This document shows positions 29,640-38,022 of a stretch of DNA of 64,000 nucleotides, one piece after another. The stretch's first letter is position 1. Each line of letters begins with the position of its first letter. A program made the translations under genes and the position numbers. The stretch lies in the IMG/VR virus record IMGVR_UViG_3300000255_000001; one strand, 5' to 3'. Below the pieces are notes generated by a model that had not been told where the DNA came from, made no database searches, and saw only the letters and a list, made by a program, of their open reading frames with translations. Source of the stretch: an uncultured virus (IMG/VR IMGVR_UViG_3300000255_000001). Lineage: Duplodnaviria; Heunggongvirae; Uroviricota; Caudoviricetes.

Positions 29640-30250
29640 TGCAAATGTTTATCAGTTTCACAATTCATGGTTACGGTGGAGAAGTTGTTCTCGGTAAAAT
29701 ATCTAAAAAGGCGGCTGAATTTTGGCAATCTGAAGAAATGCAAGAATACTTGCATGGTTATGTTTTTAGTCCAGAATGGTTTGAAGAAGAAAACCCAAAC
29801 ATCAAAATACCCAAGTATGCCCAAATAGGTGTGTGGCATGATATGGAAGATCGCGGGCACGAGTGGGGAGCGGCACAAGGCGGTGCGTATCTTACTATAA
29901 ATGAAGTGAGCGATGATGCATGGGATGCTAATCATGTACGCGACATTTTTTATGGTGAATTAATGGATTATGTGAATGAACACGAAGTAGAAATTCATTC
30001 TGATGAACAACATCCTAAACCAAAAGAATATACATTCTGTGGTGTTAACTCTGAGAAAGGTACATTTTACGACGGCACTATAGAAATTGAAGGAGACTTT
30101 GATCCTAAAAAAGTCTCTTTTGGTAGCACAGAAATCCATCAAGATACTCTTATTACACAAATTTTTTATGGTGATGAAACCATAGATAATTCTGGTGGAG
30201 GTACTGATGGCAAAGCCATGGATTTTGAAATTATAGAGCCGTGGGAGTAA
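29639..30250 (+). CDS. hypothetical acidic protein
   Basis: GYGGEVVLG, SEKGTFY, GGTDGK. Confidence 0.7.
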   Translation: MQMFISFTIHGYGGEVVLGKISKKAAEFWQSEEMQEYLHGYVFSPEWFEEENPNIKIPKYAQIGVWHDMEDRGHEWGAAQGGAYLTINEVSDDAWDANHVRDIFYGELMDYVNEHEVEIHSDEQHPKPKEYTFCGVNSEKGTFYDGTIEIEGDFDPKKVSFGSTEIHQDTLITQIFYGDETIDNSGGGTDGKAMDFEIIEPWE

Positions 30251-30258
30251 ATACATAT

Positions 30259-30609
30259 ATGAGCCTTAAACTTGATCCAGTTGATTTGATGGTATACGCT
30301 GACGTTGCCGAAGCTTTTGAAGGATGGATTATTAATAATCCTGAAATAAAAGATGAGTCTACTGGTATTCGGCAGTCAAGAGTATTTGCTAAAACATATT
30401 TAAATCTTTATATTACATTTTTACAAATGCTTAGGTATGTTCCTAAAGAAGAGATGGAATATGAATCAACTACCGAGGAGGGAGTTAAACGTAAATTTGC
30501 CGCTATAGATGATATATATGTTAATTTAAAAGCATCTACAGAATTATCAGATGAAGATAAAGCACATATGGATTTAATTAAATCTAAAATAAAACCAACA
30601 TTACACTAA
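30259..30609 (+). CDS. hypothetical protein
   Basis: TAAATA-N5-ATG. Confidence 0.65.
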   Translation: MSLKLDPVDLMVYADVAEAFEGWIINNPEIKDESTGIRQSRVFAKTYLNLYITFLQMLRYVPKEEMEYESTTEEGVKRKFAAIDDIYVNLKASTELSDEDKAHMDLIKSKIKPTLH

Positions 30610-30613
30610 TATT

Positions 30614-31027
30614 ATGAATACAGAAATGAAAAAAGCGTTAGGAACATTAACAGATTGTCAATTAATTCATGTTGTAAGTGAAATAATGAGTTATGGTTAT
30701 CCCGAAACATATAAACTTGCCCATGAGCAAGCTCATGTTGAAGGTGATCCATGGGAAAGATGGTCACATAATTTTAGTTTAGTTGTTGATGGCGGCAATA
30801 AATTGCCAATACCTGTACGCAATGAATTAGAAGAAGCAATGGAGAAATTCCATACTGAGGACAGAATTAAACCAGGATATTTTAAAAGTATACATCGTGC
30901 TAACCGTAAGATTAGTACATCTGATACAATGTTTGGTTCCAGTGCTGGTACTATTTTAAAATGGATGGCTTGGCTATGGTTTGGTTATTTTATATTAGGG
31001 TTTATTTCTAGTTGTGGTGGTCCATAA
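30614..31027 (+). CDS. hypothetical protein with C-terminal TM helix
   Basis: ILKWMAWLWFGYFILGFI. Confidence 0.65.
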   Translation: MNTEMKKALGTLTDCQLIHVVSEIMSYGYPETYKLAHEQAHVEGDPWERWSHNFSLVVDGGNKLPIPVRNELEEAMEKFHTEDRIKPGYFKSIHRANRKISTSDTMFGSSAGTILKWMAWLWFGYFILGFISSCGGP

Positions 31028-31052
31028 ACCTCCAAAAAGGAGGTTTATTTTT
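31024..31052 (+). terminator. intrinsic terminator
   Basis: ATAAACCTCC-aaaaa-GGAGGTTTAT-TTTT. Confidence 0.8.
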
Positions 31053-31072
31053 GAGTCTTAATAAATAATGAC

Positions 31073-31264
31073 ATGAAGAGATTGTTCGATAAGTTTAAGA
31101 AAAATGAACCGCCTCCTCAGAAAAGAAAGTTTGTAGCAGAAATTAGAGACACGTTTAATGAAAAGAAAATCTACAGAGCAAGGTGGGTATGGTATCATAC
31201 AATCCTTGCCGCGGAATTGTTTTTAATTATTATTTTGTTGATTGGGATATTGATAAAAATTTAG
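31073..31264 (+). CDS. small membrane protein
   Basis: RARWVWYHTILAAELFLIIILL; TAAATA-N5-ATG. Confidence 0.7.
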   Translation: MKRLFDKFKKNEPPPQKRKFVAEIRDTFNEKKIYRARWVWYHTILAAELFLIIILLIGILIKI

Positions 31265-31279
31265 GGAACATAGTTAGGC

Positions 31280-31732
31280 GTGGCCACAACACCTATACAC
31301 AAGCACTTAATTATAAGAGCAGAAGTAGCAAATCCACCCGGAAAAGACGATATTCAACGAATGATCGATTGGACTACAGAGTTAATCGATGATATAGATA
31401 TGAAACTCCTCGATGGTCCTTTTTGTAAATATGTGGACATCGAAGGAAACTCCGGACTCACCGTTGTAGCAATTATAGAAACCAGTCATATTGCGATGCA
31501 CGTATGGGATGAAATATCACCAGCGTTAATGCAATTGGATGTGTATACCTGTGGCCCATTTAAACCAATTTTAGTATTTGAGAAATTGCGAGATTTTGGA
31601 TTAACTAAACTTGAATGGAAGTATTTGGACCGAGAAACAAAATTAAAATTAGAGCATATAGGACAATGGAACAATCCTGAAAATGATCCTTTTGAGCAAT
31701 TGCCTAATCATGCAACCCTTAACAACGGATAA
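31280..31732 (+). CDS. speD: pyruvoyl-dependent AdoMetDC/SpeD-family decarboxylase
   Basis: HKHLII, GLTVVAIIETSHIAMHVWDE, QLDVYTCG. Confidence 0.85.
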   Translation: MATTPIHKHLIIRAEVANPPGKDDIQRMIDWTTELIDDIDMKLLDGPFCKYVDIEGNSGLTVVAIIETSHIAMHVWDEISPALMQLDVYTCGPFKPILVFEKLRDFGLTKLEWKYLDRETKLKLEHIGQWNNPENDPFEQLPNHATLNNG

Positions 31733-32030
31733 AGAAAAAGAATATAAACCGACTCTAATACAATGCCCAAGGTGTACTGCGTCTGGATTTGCTATACATG
31801 ACGATGAAACACATTGGAAGTGTCTTGTCTGCGGACACATTATGCCACATAAAGGAGCAAATGGAAATAATATGAGCCACTGGCCATACACTACGGAAGA
31901 ATGGGATATGGTTTCACAAGCAAGTCATGTTCACATCAAGGATCCAGATATGGGTCCAACTCAATTAAAAGAATCAATAATTACAAATTTATACCAGCAG
32001 ACTAAAGACTGGTTATACAAGAGGTGGTAA
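31710..32030 (+). CDS. zinc-ribbon protein
   Basis: CPRC...WKCLVCGH. Confidence 0.55.
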   Translation: MQPLTTDKEKEYKPTLIQCPRCTASGFAIHDDETHWKCLVCGHIMPHKGANGNNMSHWPYTTEEWDMVSQASHVHIKDPDMGPTQLKESIITNLYQQTKDWLYKRW

Positions 32031-32031
32031 T

Positions 32032-32211
32032 ATGTCAGATACCGCCGACTGGGAGGCCCTAAAGAAGAAAGCATTCGATAGGGAGTTAGCAAACGATATA
32101 TGGGTAAAACTAAAAGGACACGAATTACTTGACACTTGGGATGAAGGACAAGTGCAATCAATTATAGAAAGATATTGGCACAGAGCAATAGCATATAGTG
32201 AAGGATATTAA
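32032..32211 (+). CDS. 59-aa hypothetical protein
   Basis: GAGGT RBS; MSDTADWEALKKKAFDRE...SEGY*. Confidence 0.6.
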   Translation: MSDTADWEALKKKAFDRELANDIWVKLKGHELLDTWDEGQVQSIIERYWHRAIAYSEGY

Positions 32212-32219
32212 ATGAGTTT

Positions 32220-32609
32220 TTGGAAAAAGTAGGATTGAAAAAGAAAAAAGTAATTCAATATAATCCAACAGGAGTTACAGTAACACCTTCAGCATTAGAA
32301 AAGATTAAAGAAATGTGTGAAGAGGCCGCAATGCCTGCCGTACGTCCATTTGTAGTAGGAGGTAGTTGTGCAGGCATGGCTCATTCAATGACATTTGCAG
32401 ATACAAAAGAAAGATTAGATGTTGAAATTGCCTCACATGTTTATATAGACCCAGTGGCATATTCATTTATGAATGGTGCTACTATAGATTATGAAGATGA
32501 TGGGATACACGCAAGTTTTGTATTTCGTGATGTATTCAAAGCACAAGGTGGTAGTGGTGTTTGTGGAGGATGTGGCGCGGCCACAGGGCCAGGCTATTCA
32601 CCCCATTAA
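32220..32609 (+). CDS. second IscA/HesB-like protein
   Basis: VTVTPSA, GGSCAG, GATIDY, CGGCG; start uncertain. Confidence 0.8.
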   Translation: MEKVGLKKKKVIQYNPTGVTVTPSALEKIKEMCEEAAMPAVRPFVVGGSCAGMAHSMTFADTKERLDVEIASHVYIDPVAYSFMNGATIDYEDDGIHASFVFRDVFKAQGGSGVCGGCGAATGPGYSPH

Positions 32610-32636
32610 ATAAATACATTAACTGGGAGAGTAGTT

Positions 32637-33419
32637 ATGATTAGTGATGCAGAAGCATTCGAGTATCTTAAATTAGAACTAAAAGAAACAGTTCTATCTC
32701 ATCCAATCATTAAGAGAAACAGATATCTTTGGTGGTTTTCTCAAACCCTAGATTTAACCAAAGAAGATCTTATTATCTTAACAAAAGAGTTTTCAGTATT
32801 TTCAAATCAATTTATAGTTGCTCAACTACACAAAACACTTAATGCTAATAGTTTGGAACAGATGCATGACGCCAAAGAAATATTAGTAAATGAATTGGGT
32901 GTACTTTTTACAAACGAAACAGTAAACGATAGCACATTTAGATTTAAGGCCGCTCATTTTGAGTGGCTCGTTCATTTTGCAAGCAAGTTAGGTTTGGAAT
33001 TTAATGATATTGGCAAACGCAAACATGGCAGTCCATCTACATTATTTTATTGTGATGAACTAATACGTTTATATGGTAATGAAGATTTTAATGTGGGTGC
33101 AGGTGCTAGTTTTGCTGTAGAGAATTGGGCCAATGCAGGGTTTTGGAAACAGTTAATGGAAGGCATAGAAAATTTTAATGCGTATAATGAAGAAGATATT
33201 ACATTGCCATTACAATTTTTCTCATTTCACGATAAATTAGAAGCACAACATGCACAACATACGTGGGATGAATTACGTGAATTACATGACAATGTTAAAG
33301 AATTTGATAAAGATAAGTTTATTGCCGCTGGTATGGAAATGCTAAATGGTGTTAATGCTTTTTGGAATGGATTAGACCAAGATCGCATAGCACGTTATTG
33401 GCATTCTACTAGAGGTTAA
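32637..33419 (+). CDS. heme-oxygenase-like (PqqC/CADD/TenA-fold) diiron protein
   Basis: ILVNELG, AHFEWL, FAVENWA, FHDKLEAQHAQH, FWNGL. Confidence 0.65.
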   Translation: MISDAEAFEYLKLELKETVLSHPIIKRNRYLWWFSQTLDLTKEDLIILTKEFSVFSNQFIVAQLHKTLNANSLEQMHDAKEILVNELGVLFTNETVNDSTFRFKAAHFEWLVHFASKLGLEFNDIGKRKHGSPSTLFYCDELIRLYGNEDFNVGAGASFAVENWANAGFWKQLMEGIENFNAYNEEDITLPLQFFSFHDKLEAQHAQHTWDELRELHDNVKEFDKDKFIAAGMEMLNGVNAFWNGLDQDRIARYWHSTRG

Positions 33420-33435
33420 AGATAAATAATATATT

Positions 33436-34269
33436 ATGAGACTTAAAGAACTTCAAATTAAAGAAGCCGCAACTGCTGGTGCAACAGCCAGTGGTAATAT
33501 TGCCGCTGTTGTAAACCCACATGTTGCTAATCCTTCACGTAATTCAGTAGCATATACTGGCACACCTGGCGTATCAGGCAAAGGCCCTGTTAAACAAGTA
33601 AAGGGTGGCACATACAATACTGGTAAAAACGCTTTAGATGGTGATAAAATGTTAATGTCTAGCAAAGAACCACAAATGATTAGACGTCATATTAAAGAAG
33701 GCTCATTATATGAAGAACAACTCAATGAATGGTTACCAGCACTTGCTATAGGTGCAGGCGTTGTAGCCGCAGGTGGTTGGGTTTTAAACAAATTCGGTAA
33801 GTGGATTAAAAAAGAACGAGGTAAAACTCAAGCTGCACTTGATGACAGTATAGCAAAAGCCACTGATGGATATTACGCAAAGCCAAAAGTAAAAGCTGAT
33901 GAAGGACATATTACATTACCATCAATAGACACAGAACGTTATGCTGAACGTCCTGGACTAGAAGGTCCAATACGAGCACGTAATGGTAGGGTAGTTTACT
34001 ATGATCCTAAGGAAGGCCAGTATTACGATCCAGATACAGACATATATATTTCTAATGATGACTGGAAAGCAATGAACGAAGGTCTAAAAATTGAACCGCG
34101 TGGCGAAGCAGGGAAAGCAAATGCGTTTAAAGGAATGATGGCGAATGCATCTAAAAATAAAGAAACGCGAGCAATTAATACAGAAAAATCCAAGAGACAA
34201 ACTGCTCAAGCCGCTGGATATAGAGCAATTGTAGGCGGAAAAGACGTATCTCAAATAGCCAAAGGCTAA
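33436..34269 (+). CDS. putative internal head polyprotein
   Basis: MRLKELQIKE|A plus internal IKE|G, LNE|W, MNE|G; GLEGP...YYDPKEGQYYDP module. Confidence 0.6.
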   Translation: MRLKELQIKEAATAGATASGNIAAVVNPHVANPSRNSVAYTGTPGVSGKGPVKQVKGGTYNTGKNALDGDKMLMSSKEPQMIRRHIKEGSLYEEQLNEWLPALAIGAGVVAAGGWVLNKFGKWIKKERGKTQAALDDSIAKATDGYYAKPKVKADEGHITLPSIDTERYAERPGLEGPIRARNGRVVYYDPKEGQYYDPDTDIYISNDDWKAMNEGLKIEPRGEAGKANAFKGMMANASKNKETRAINTEKSKRQTAQAAGYRAIVGGKDVSQIAKG

Positions 34270-34352
34270 CTCACTGATTTCATTGACTTTTTAACCCATT
34301 GATTTCATTGACCTTTAAACTTTTTCACTAATCCTTTAAAATCAAGCATTTA
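34267..34352. promoter_or_regulatory. three IHF-consensus sites, two in a 25-bp-period direct repeat
   Basis: TAActcaCTGATT (34267, 1 mismatch), TAAcccaTTGATT (34292), AATCAAgcatTTA (34340) versus WATCAANNNNTTR. Confidence 0.65.
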
Positions 34353-34366
34353 GAGCACAAAAATGA

Positions 34367-34394
34367 GTGACAATTCTGCTTGATATGCTATAAT
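34367..34394 (+). promoter_or_regulatory. sigma70 early promoter
   Basis: GTGACA-16bp-TATAAT with extended TG. Confidence 0.7.
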
Positions 34395-34429
34395 GTATGT
34401 ATAGTTAAGTAAACCCAAGTACAGAAATT

Positions 34430-34780
34430 ATGTCAAAAACTCTTACATTCGCACCCGGTTGGACCCAAACCATCAATACTTCAAATGAAGTTGATGAGCG
34501 GAATGACCTCCTCTCATACATCTCGGACACGTACAAGGGGTTGTACGGTTTCCGTCCCCGAGGTGATACTTCCAACATGACGATCGAGGACCTGCGCGAA
34601 CAAGCCGCAGGCCTCGAACGTGATGTATTGCGCGAAATGGAATACATTAAGAAGGAGTACCTCCGCGAAAAGCGTGAGAAGGTTGCCCACAAGCGGGCAG
34701 TGAAGTATTATATGAATCTCAAACCGCGTAGCAATGTCATGGAAGTGGCAATGCTTGACGCAATGGATAAGGTAGCTTAA
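34430..34780 (+). CDS. hypothetical early protein
   Basis: YISDTYKGLYGFRPR motif; visibly GC-richer codon usage. Confidence 0.75.
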   Translation: MSKTLTFAPGWTQTINTSNEVDERNDLLSYISDTYKGLYGFRPRGDTSNMTIEDLREQAAGLERDVLREMEYIKKEYLREKREKVAHKRAVKYYMNLKPRSNVMEVAMLDAMDKVA

Positions 34781-35008
34781 ATGGAAGATTACGCAATGTT
34801 TACCAGCAAAGGTAATAACGCAGTGGCTAAGGTAGTTGCAACTGCTATTGATAATAAACATACATGGCCATGGGTACTAGCCAAACTGGATGCACTTGGC
34901 AACCGCAAGGGTACGGAAGAAGCATATGATACAGATGTCCGGGAACATGCGTTCGATGCTATGGATCAAGCAGGTGCTCTACCTGCAGGACAATCATTCT
35001 GGGGATAA
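34781..35008 (+). CDS. hypothetical early protein
   Basis: YAMFTSKGNNAV...EAYDTDVRE. Confidence 0.7.
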   Translation: MEDYAMFTSKGNNAVAKVVATAIDNKHTWPWVLAKLDALGNRKGTEEAYDTDVREHAFDAMDQAGALPAGQSFWG

Positions 35009-35012
35009 CATT

Positions 35013-35135
35013 ATGAAGAACCTTGAAGCACTTCGACTTAAACGACATAACAATAGCCTTAAGGATCCTTGGATCTATGCTAGTGGTGTTGCTCTTGTAG
35101 TCTTTATTTACTTTCTACACTATGGAGCGTTATGA
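35013..35135 (+). CDS. small membrane peptide
   Basis: MKNLEAL...GVALVVFIYFL. Confidence 0.5.
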   Translation: MKNLEALRLKRHNNSLKDPWIYASGVALVVFIYFLHYGAL

Positions 35136-35464
35136 TGTCATACGCAGAACATTTGGAAAAATACGACGACTACTCACCTAAGTTACCGATTAGTAAAGAT
35201 AATCGGTATAAGGGATACTATCTTGTACAACATAGTGAAGAAGAGCCGGATGGTGATTGCTCGAAAATTTACCATGTTGCTCGCGCATGGCCCTCTGGTG
35301 ATGTTCATATTGATTGGACTCCATATGAGTTTATGACGGATGAAGAATTCAAATTGTGGATCGAACTTAAAATGCCGGGTCGCATATCCGCTGGCCCACT
35401 TCGTACAGAAGATCTTTGGTACCTCGCAAAAGAGTATATGAACAATGATGGTATACCAGCATAA
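35132..35464 (+). CDS. hypothetical protein
   Basis: GGAG RBS; operon context. Confidence 0.65.
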   Translation: MMSYAEHLEKYDDYSPKLPISKDNRYKGYYLVQHSEEEPDGDCSKIYHVARAWPSGDVHIDWTPYEFMTDEEFKLWIELKMPGRISAGPLRTEDLWYLAKEYMNNDGIPA

Positions 35465-35654
35465 ACAAGACAAAAATCTTATAGTTTGTGGTGAGTGTGC
35501 TGAAACGCATACTGCTATAGACTTGAATAATTACAACGAGAGTCCATTTAGTGAATGCTCTATATGTGGCTATGTGGATGAACAAGCACGTGAAGAATAT
35601 ATGTGGTGGTCTTATAAACTTGACACCGAAATGAGAGATTGGGAAGACGTATAG
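35445..35654 (+). CDS. small zinc-finger protein
   Basis: CGEC...CSICG. Confidence 0.6.
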   Translation: MMVYQHKQDKNLIVCGECAETHTAIDLNNYNESPFSECSICGYVDEQAREEYMWWSYKLDTEMRDWEDV

Positions 35655-35656
35655 TA

Positions 35657-36796
35657 ATGGTTAAGATGAAAAATATTGTAAGTTTAAAGCCGCTATATAA
35701 GCGAGATAGCAAAGGCAAAATCCGCATTTGGACTGTAGAAGTTGGCTATAACAATGAAGGCGTAGCTGGCATTCGTAGTATAAGTGGATTGGTTGATGGT
35801 GAAAAAGTCACCAGCGTTTGGAATATGAGCCGGGCCAAAAACGTAGGCAGGGCGAACGCAACAACTGCTAAAGGCCAGGCTGAGTTTGAAGCACAGGCAC
35901 AATGGACAAAGAAAGCAGACAAAGAGTACTTTGCGAAGAAAAAGGACGTTGATAGTTACGAGTTGTTCAAGCCTATGTTGGCGCACGACTTTACAAAGAC
36001 GCCAGTTGTAAGTGGCTATACTCAGCCCAAACTAGATGGTATTCGTTGTGTTGTTGATAAGAACGGTATGCATACTCGCGGCGGAAAGCCTATTAATAGT
36101 TGTCCGCATATCTGGGAGAGTGTAAAGCATATAATCAAAGACAATCCAAATATTGTATTGGACGGCGAACTTTACAACCATAAATTGAAAGCAGACTTCC
36201 AAAAGATTATTAGTCTGGTTAGAAAAGTAAAATGCCGCCCAGAGGAGATTGCTGAAAGTGCTGAATTAGTTGAGTATCATATCTACGATATGTTTGATCG
36301 TGACAGTGAAGATATGCTTTTCACCGACCGAGCACAATGGCTTAAAGACCATATCGGAAATGTATCACGATACACTTCTGTTGTTTTGGTAAAGACTACC
36401 AAATGTAAAGACATTGCCAAGATTGATGAAATGTATGGCAAGTATACAGAGGCAGGGTTTGAAGGTCAAATGGTTAGGCAGAATAACAAATATGAATGTA
36501 AACGTAGTAAAGGTTTGCTTAAAAGAAAAGAATTCATTACCGAAGAGTTTGATGTGGTTGGCGTAGAGGAAGGACAAGGTGCATGGACAGGCTATGCTAA
36601 AAAGTTCACTCTCAAATTGCCAGATGGTAGAACGTTTAGTAGTGGAGTTCGAGGTTCCCAGGCACAATTGAAAGCATTGCTCAAAGCAAAGCAAAAGCCA
36701 AATTGGGCAACTTGCAGATTTTTTGAATTAAGCAACGACGGCGTACCACGTTTTCCCGTAGTTATTGATTATGGGGTTGGGGTACGTGACGATTAA
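35657..36796 (+). CDS. ATP-dependent DNA ligase
   Basis: KPMLAH, QPKLDGIRC, LDGELY, FEGQMVR, LLKRK, PRFP. Confidence 0.95.
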   Translation: MVKMKNIVSLKPLYKRDSKGKIRIWTVEVGYNNEGVAGIRSISGLVDGEKVTSVWNMSRAKNVGRANATTAKGQAEFEAQAQWTKKADKEYFAKKKDVDSYELFKPMLAHDFTKTPVVSGYTQPKLDGIRCVVDKNGMHTRGGKPINSCPHIWESVKHIIKDNPNIVLDGELYNHKLKADFQKIISLVRKVKCRPEEIAESAELVEYHIYDMFDRDSEDMLFTDRAQWLKDHIGNVSRYTSVVLVKTTKCKDIAKIDEMYGKYTEAGFEGQMVRQNNKYECKRSKGLLKRKEFITEEFDVVGVEEGQGAWTGYAKKFTLKLPDGRTFSSGVRGSQAQLKALLKAKQKPNWATCRFFELSNDGVPRFPVVIDYGVGVRDD

Positions 36797-36803
36797 TAAG
36801 AAT

Positions 36804-36887
36804 GCCCCCGTGGCGGAACGGCAGACGCTGTTGACTTAAAATCAATTTCCGATAGGAGTGCTGGTTCGAATCCAGCCGGGGGCACCA
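36804..36887 (+). tRNA. tRNA-Leu(TAA)
   Basis: Cloverleaf with long variable arm; CCA encoded. Confidence 0.95.
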
Positions 36888-36894
36888 AATTAAT

Positions 36895-37239
36895 ATGAAA
36901 AGAATACTAACATTATATTTCACGTATAAAGGACTCAGTGGTTTTGAGATTGACCAATACGTGCCATTTACTACTGCGGTGGTAAATGATGATTCAGAAT
37001 ACGAATTCACACAACAATGGCTTGCTAATATTTTGGATGCTCGCCTTAAATGTGACCAGGATATATCAAGTTTTGTTATAACTGAAACAGAAGAAACTGA
37101 CGAAGAAGCCGCGAAGCAAACAGAAAACCTTGGTGTTTTTGTTGAGCACCAAAAGAAAGTAATCCCTAAACCCGAAGGTAACATTGTTACCGTAGATTTT
37201 GGAAAGAGAAATGGACCCGACGACACAAAAGATAATTGA
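36895..37239 (+). CDS. hypothetical protein
   Basis: Ends GNIVTVDFGK. Confidence 0.65.
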   Translation: MKRILTLYFTYKGLSGFEIDQYVPFTTAVVNDDSEYEFTQQWLANILDARLKCDQDISSFVITETEETDEEAAKQTENLGVFVEHQKKVIPKPEGNIVTVDFGKRNGPDDTKDN

Positions 37240-37444
37240 TCATTACAGAGCCATTAGCAAAGAGATGATGGATCGTGTTGCGGCAAGTCAGGTTAAAGTA
37301 GTTCCGCCTGAATTATTTGCAACATATGAATCAGGATCAGTGCAGGGACTTATGTATAAAGTATATAAGGATTGGAAGGATAATTTAACTTGTAATTGTC
37401 CGGGTTTTGTTTACAGGAGAAAGTGCAAGCATATAAGCAGTTGA
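37211..37444 (+). CDS. SWIM zinc-finger protein
   Basis: CNCPGFVYRRKCKH. Confidence 0.8.
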   Translation: MDPTTQKIIDHYRAISKEMMDRVAASQVKVVPPELFATYESGSVQGLMYKVYKDWKDNLTCNCPGFVYRRKCKHISS

Positions 37445-37452
37445 TTATATAC

Positions 37453-37481
37453 TTGACAAAATTAGTAAAATGCAGTATCAT
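37453..37481 (+). promoter_or_regulatory. sigma70 promoter, leaderless into ATG 37488
   Basis: TTGACA-17bp-TATCAT. Confidence 0.75.
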
Positions 37482-37487
37482 AATAGT

Positions 37488-37643
37488 ATGAAGAACCCTC
37501 GCCGCAAGACGAGATTCGCTCGTGTTCTGTTTGAACGCGATAACCCTTACTCTCAGAAAGTTGAACGTAAGAAAACCGCTTATACTCGTCGTGCCAAGCA
37601 CAATCACGAATATAAGCAAGAACTAGGAGACTATAATGTCTGA
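37488..37643 (+). CDS. 51-aa ArfA-like basic peptide (putative ribosome rescue/binding factor)
   Basis: MKNPRRKTRFARVLFERDNPYSQKVERKKTAYTRRAKHNHEYKQELGDYNV*; resembles ArfA [23 protein letters not shown]. Confidence 0.65.
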   Translation: MKNPRRKTRFARVLFERDNPYSQKVERKKTAYTRRAKHNHEYKQELGDYNV

Positions 37644-38022
37644 TCAAGGATTACTCAGTAGCGTTGGAACAGTTAATGCGATGAAAAAAGCGGAGGCCTT
37701 ACGTAAACAATATCATTCAGTCTTGCCAAGCATCAAGGAAGTTGGTGAAGTAGTGCGATGGGTTGGTGATTTGTCAGCCAAAGACAAAGAGCCCTTGCAT
37801 AGTGGTTCATTTCGTTGGATGTTTACTGATATTGCCACGTGGCAGAGAAAAGTAACCCCCAGTGAAAGTTATATTATGGTTGAGAGTGCTCTGGAAGAGA
37901 CTCGCTTTCCAACTTGGGGTGAAGCACGTGATTATTTGACTGCTGAAGATAACTTTCACGCCAAACGTTATTATAACGCAGAGGTTGAAGTGTCGTTGAT
38001 GGACGAAGACGAGGATGAATGA
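37636..38022 (+). CDS. hypothetical protein
   Basis: AGGAG RBS. Confidence 0.7.
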   Translation: MSDQGLLSSVGTVNAMKKAEALRKQYHSVLPSIKEVGEVVRWVGDLSAKDKEPLHSGSFRWMFTDIATWQRKVTPSESYIMVESALEETRFPTWGEARDYLTAEDNFHAKRYYNAEVEVSLMDEDEDE

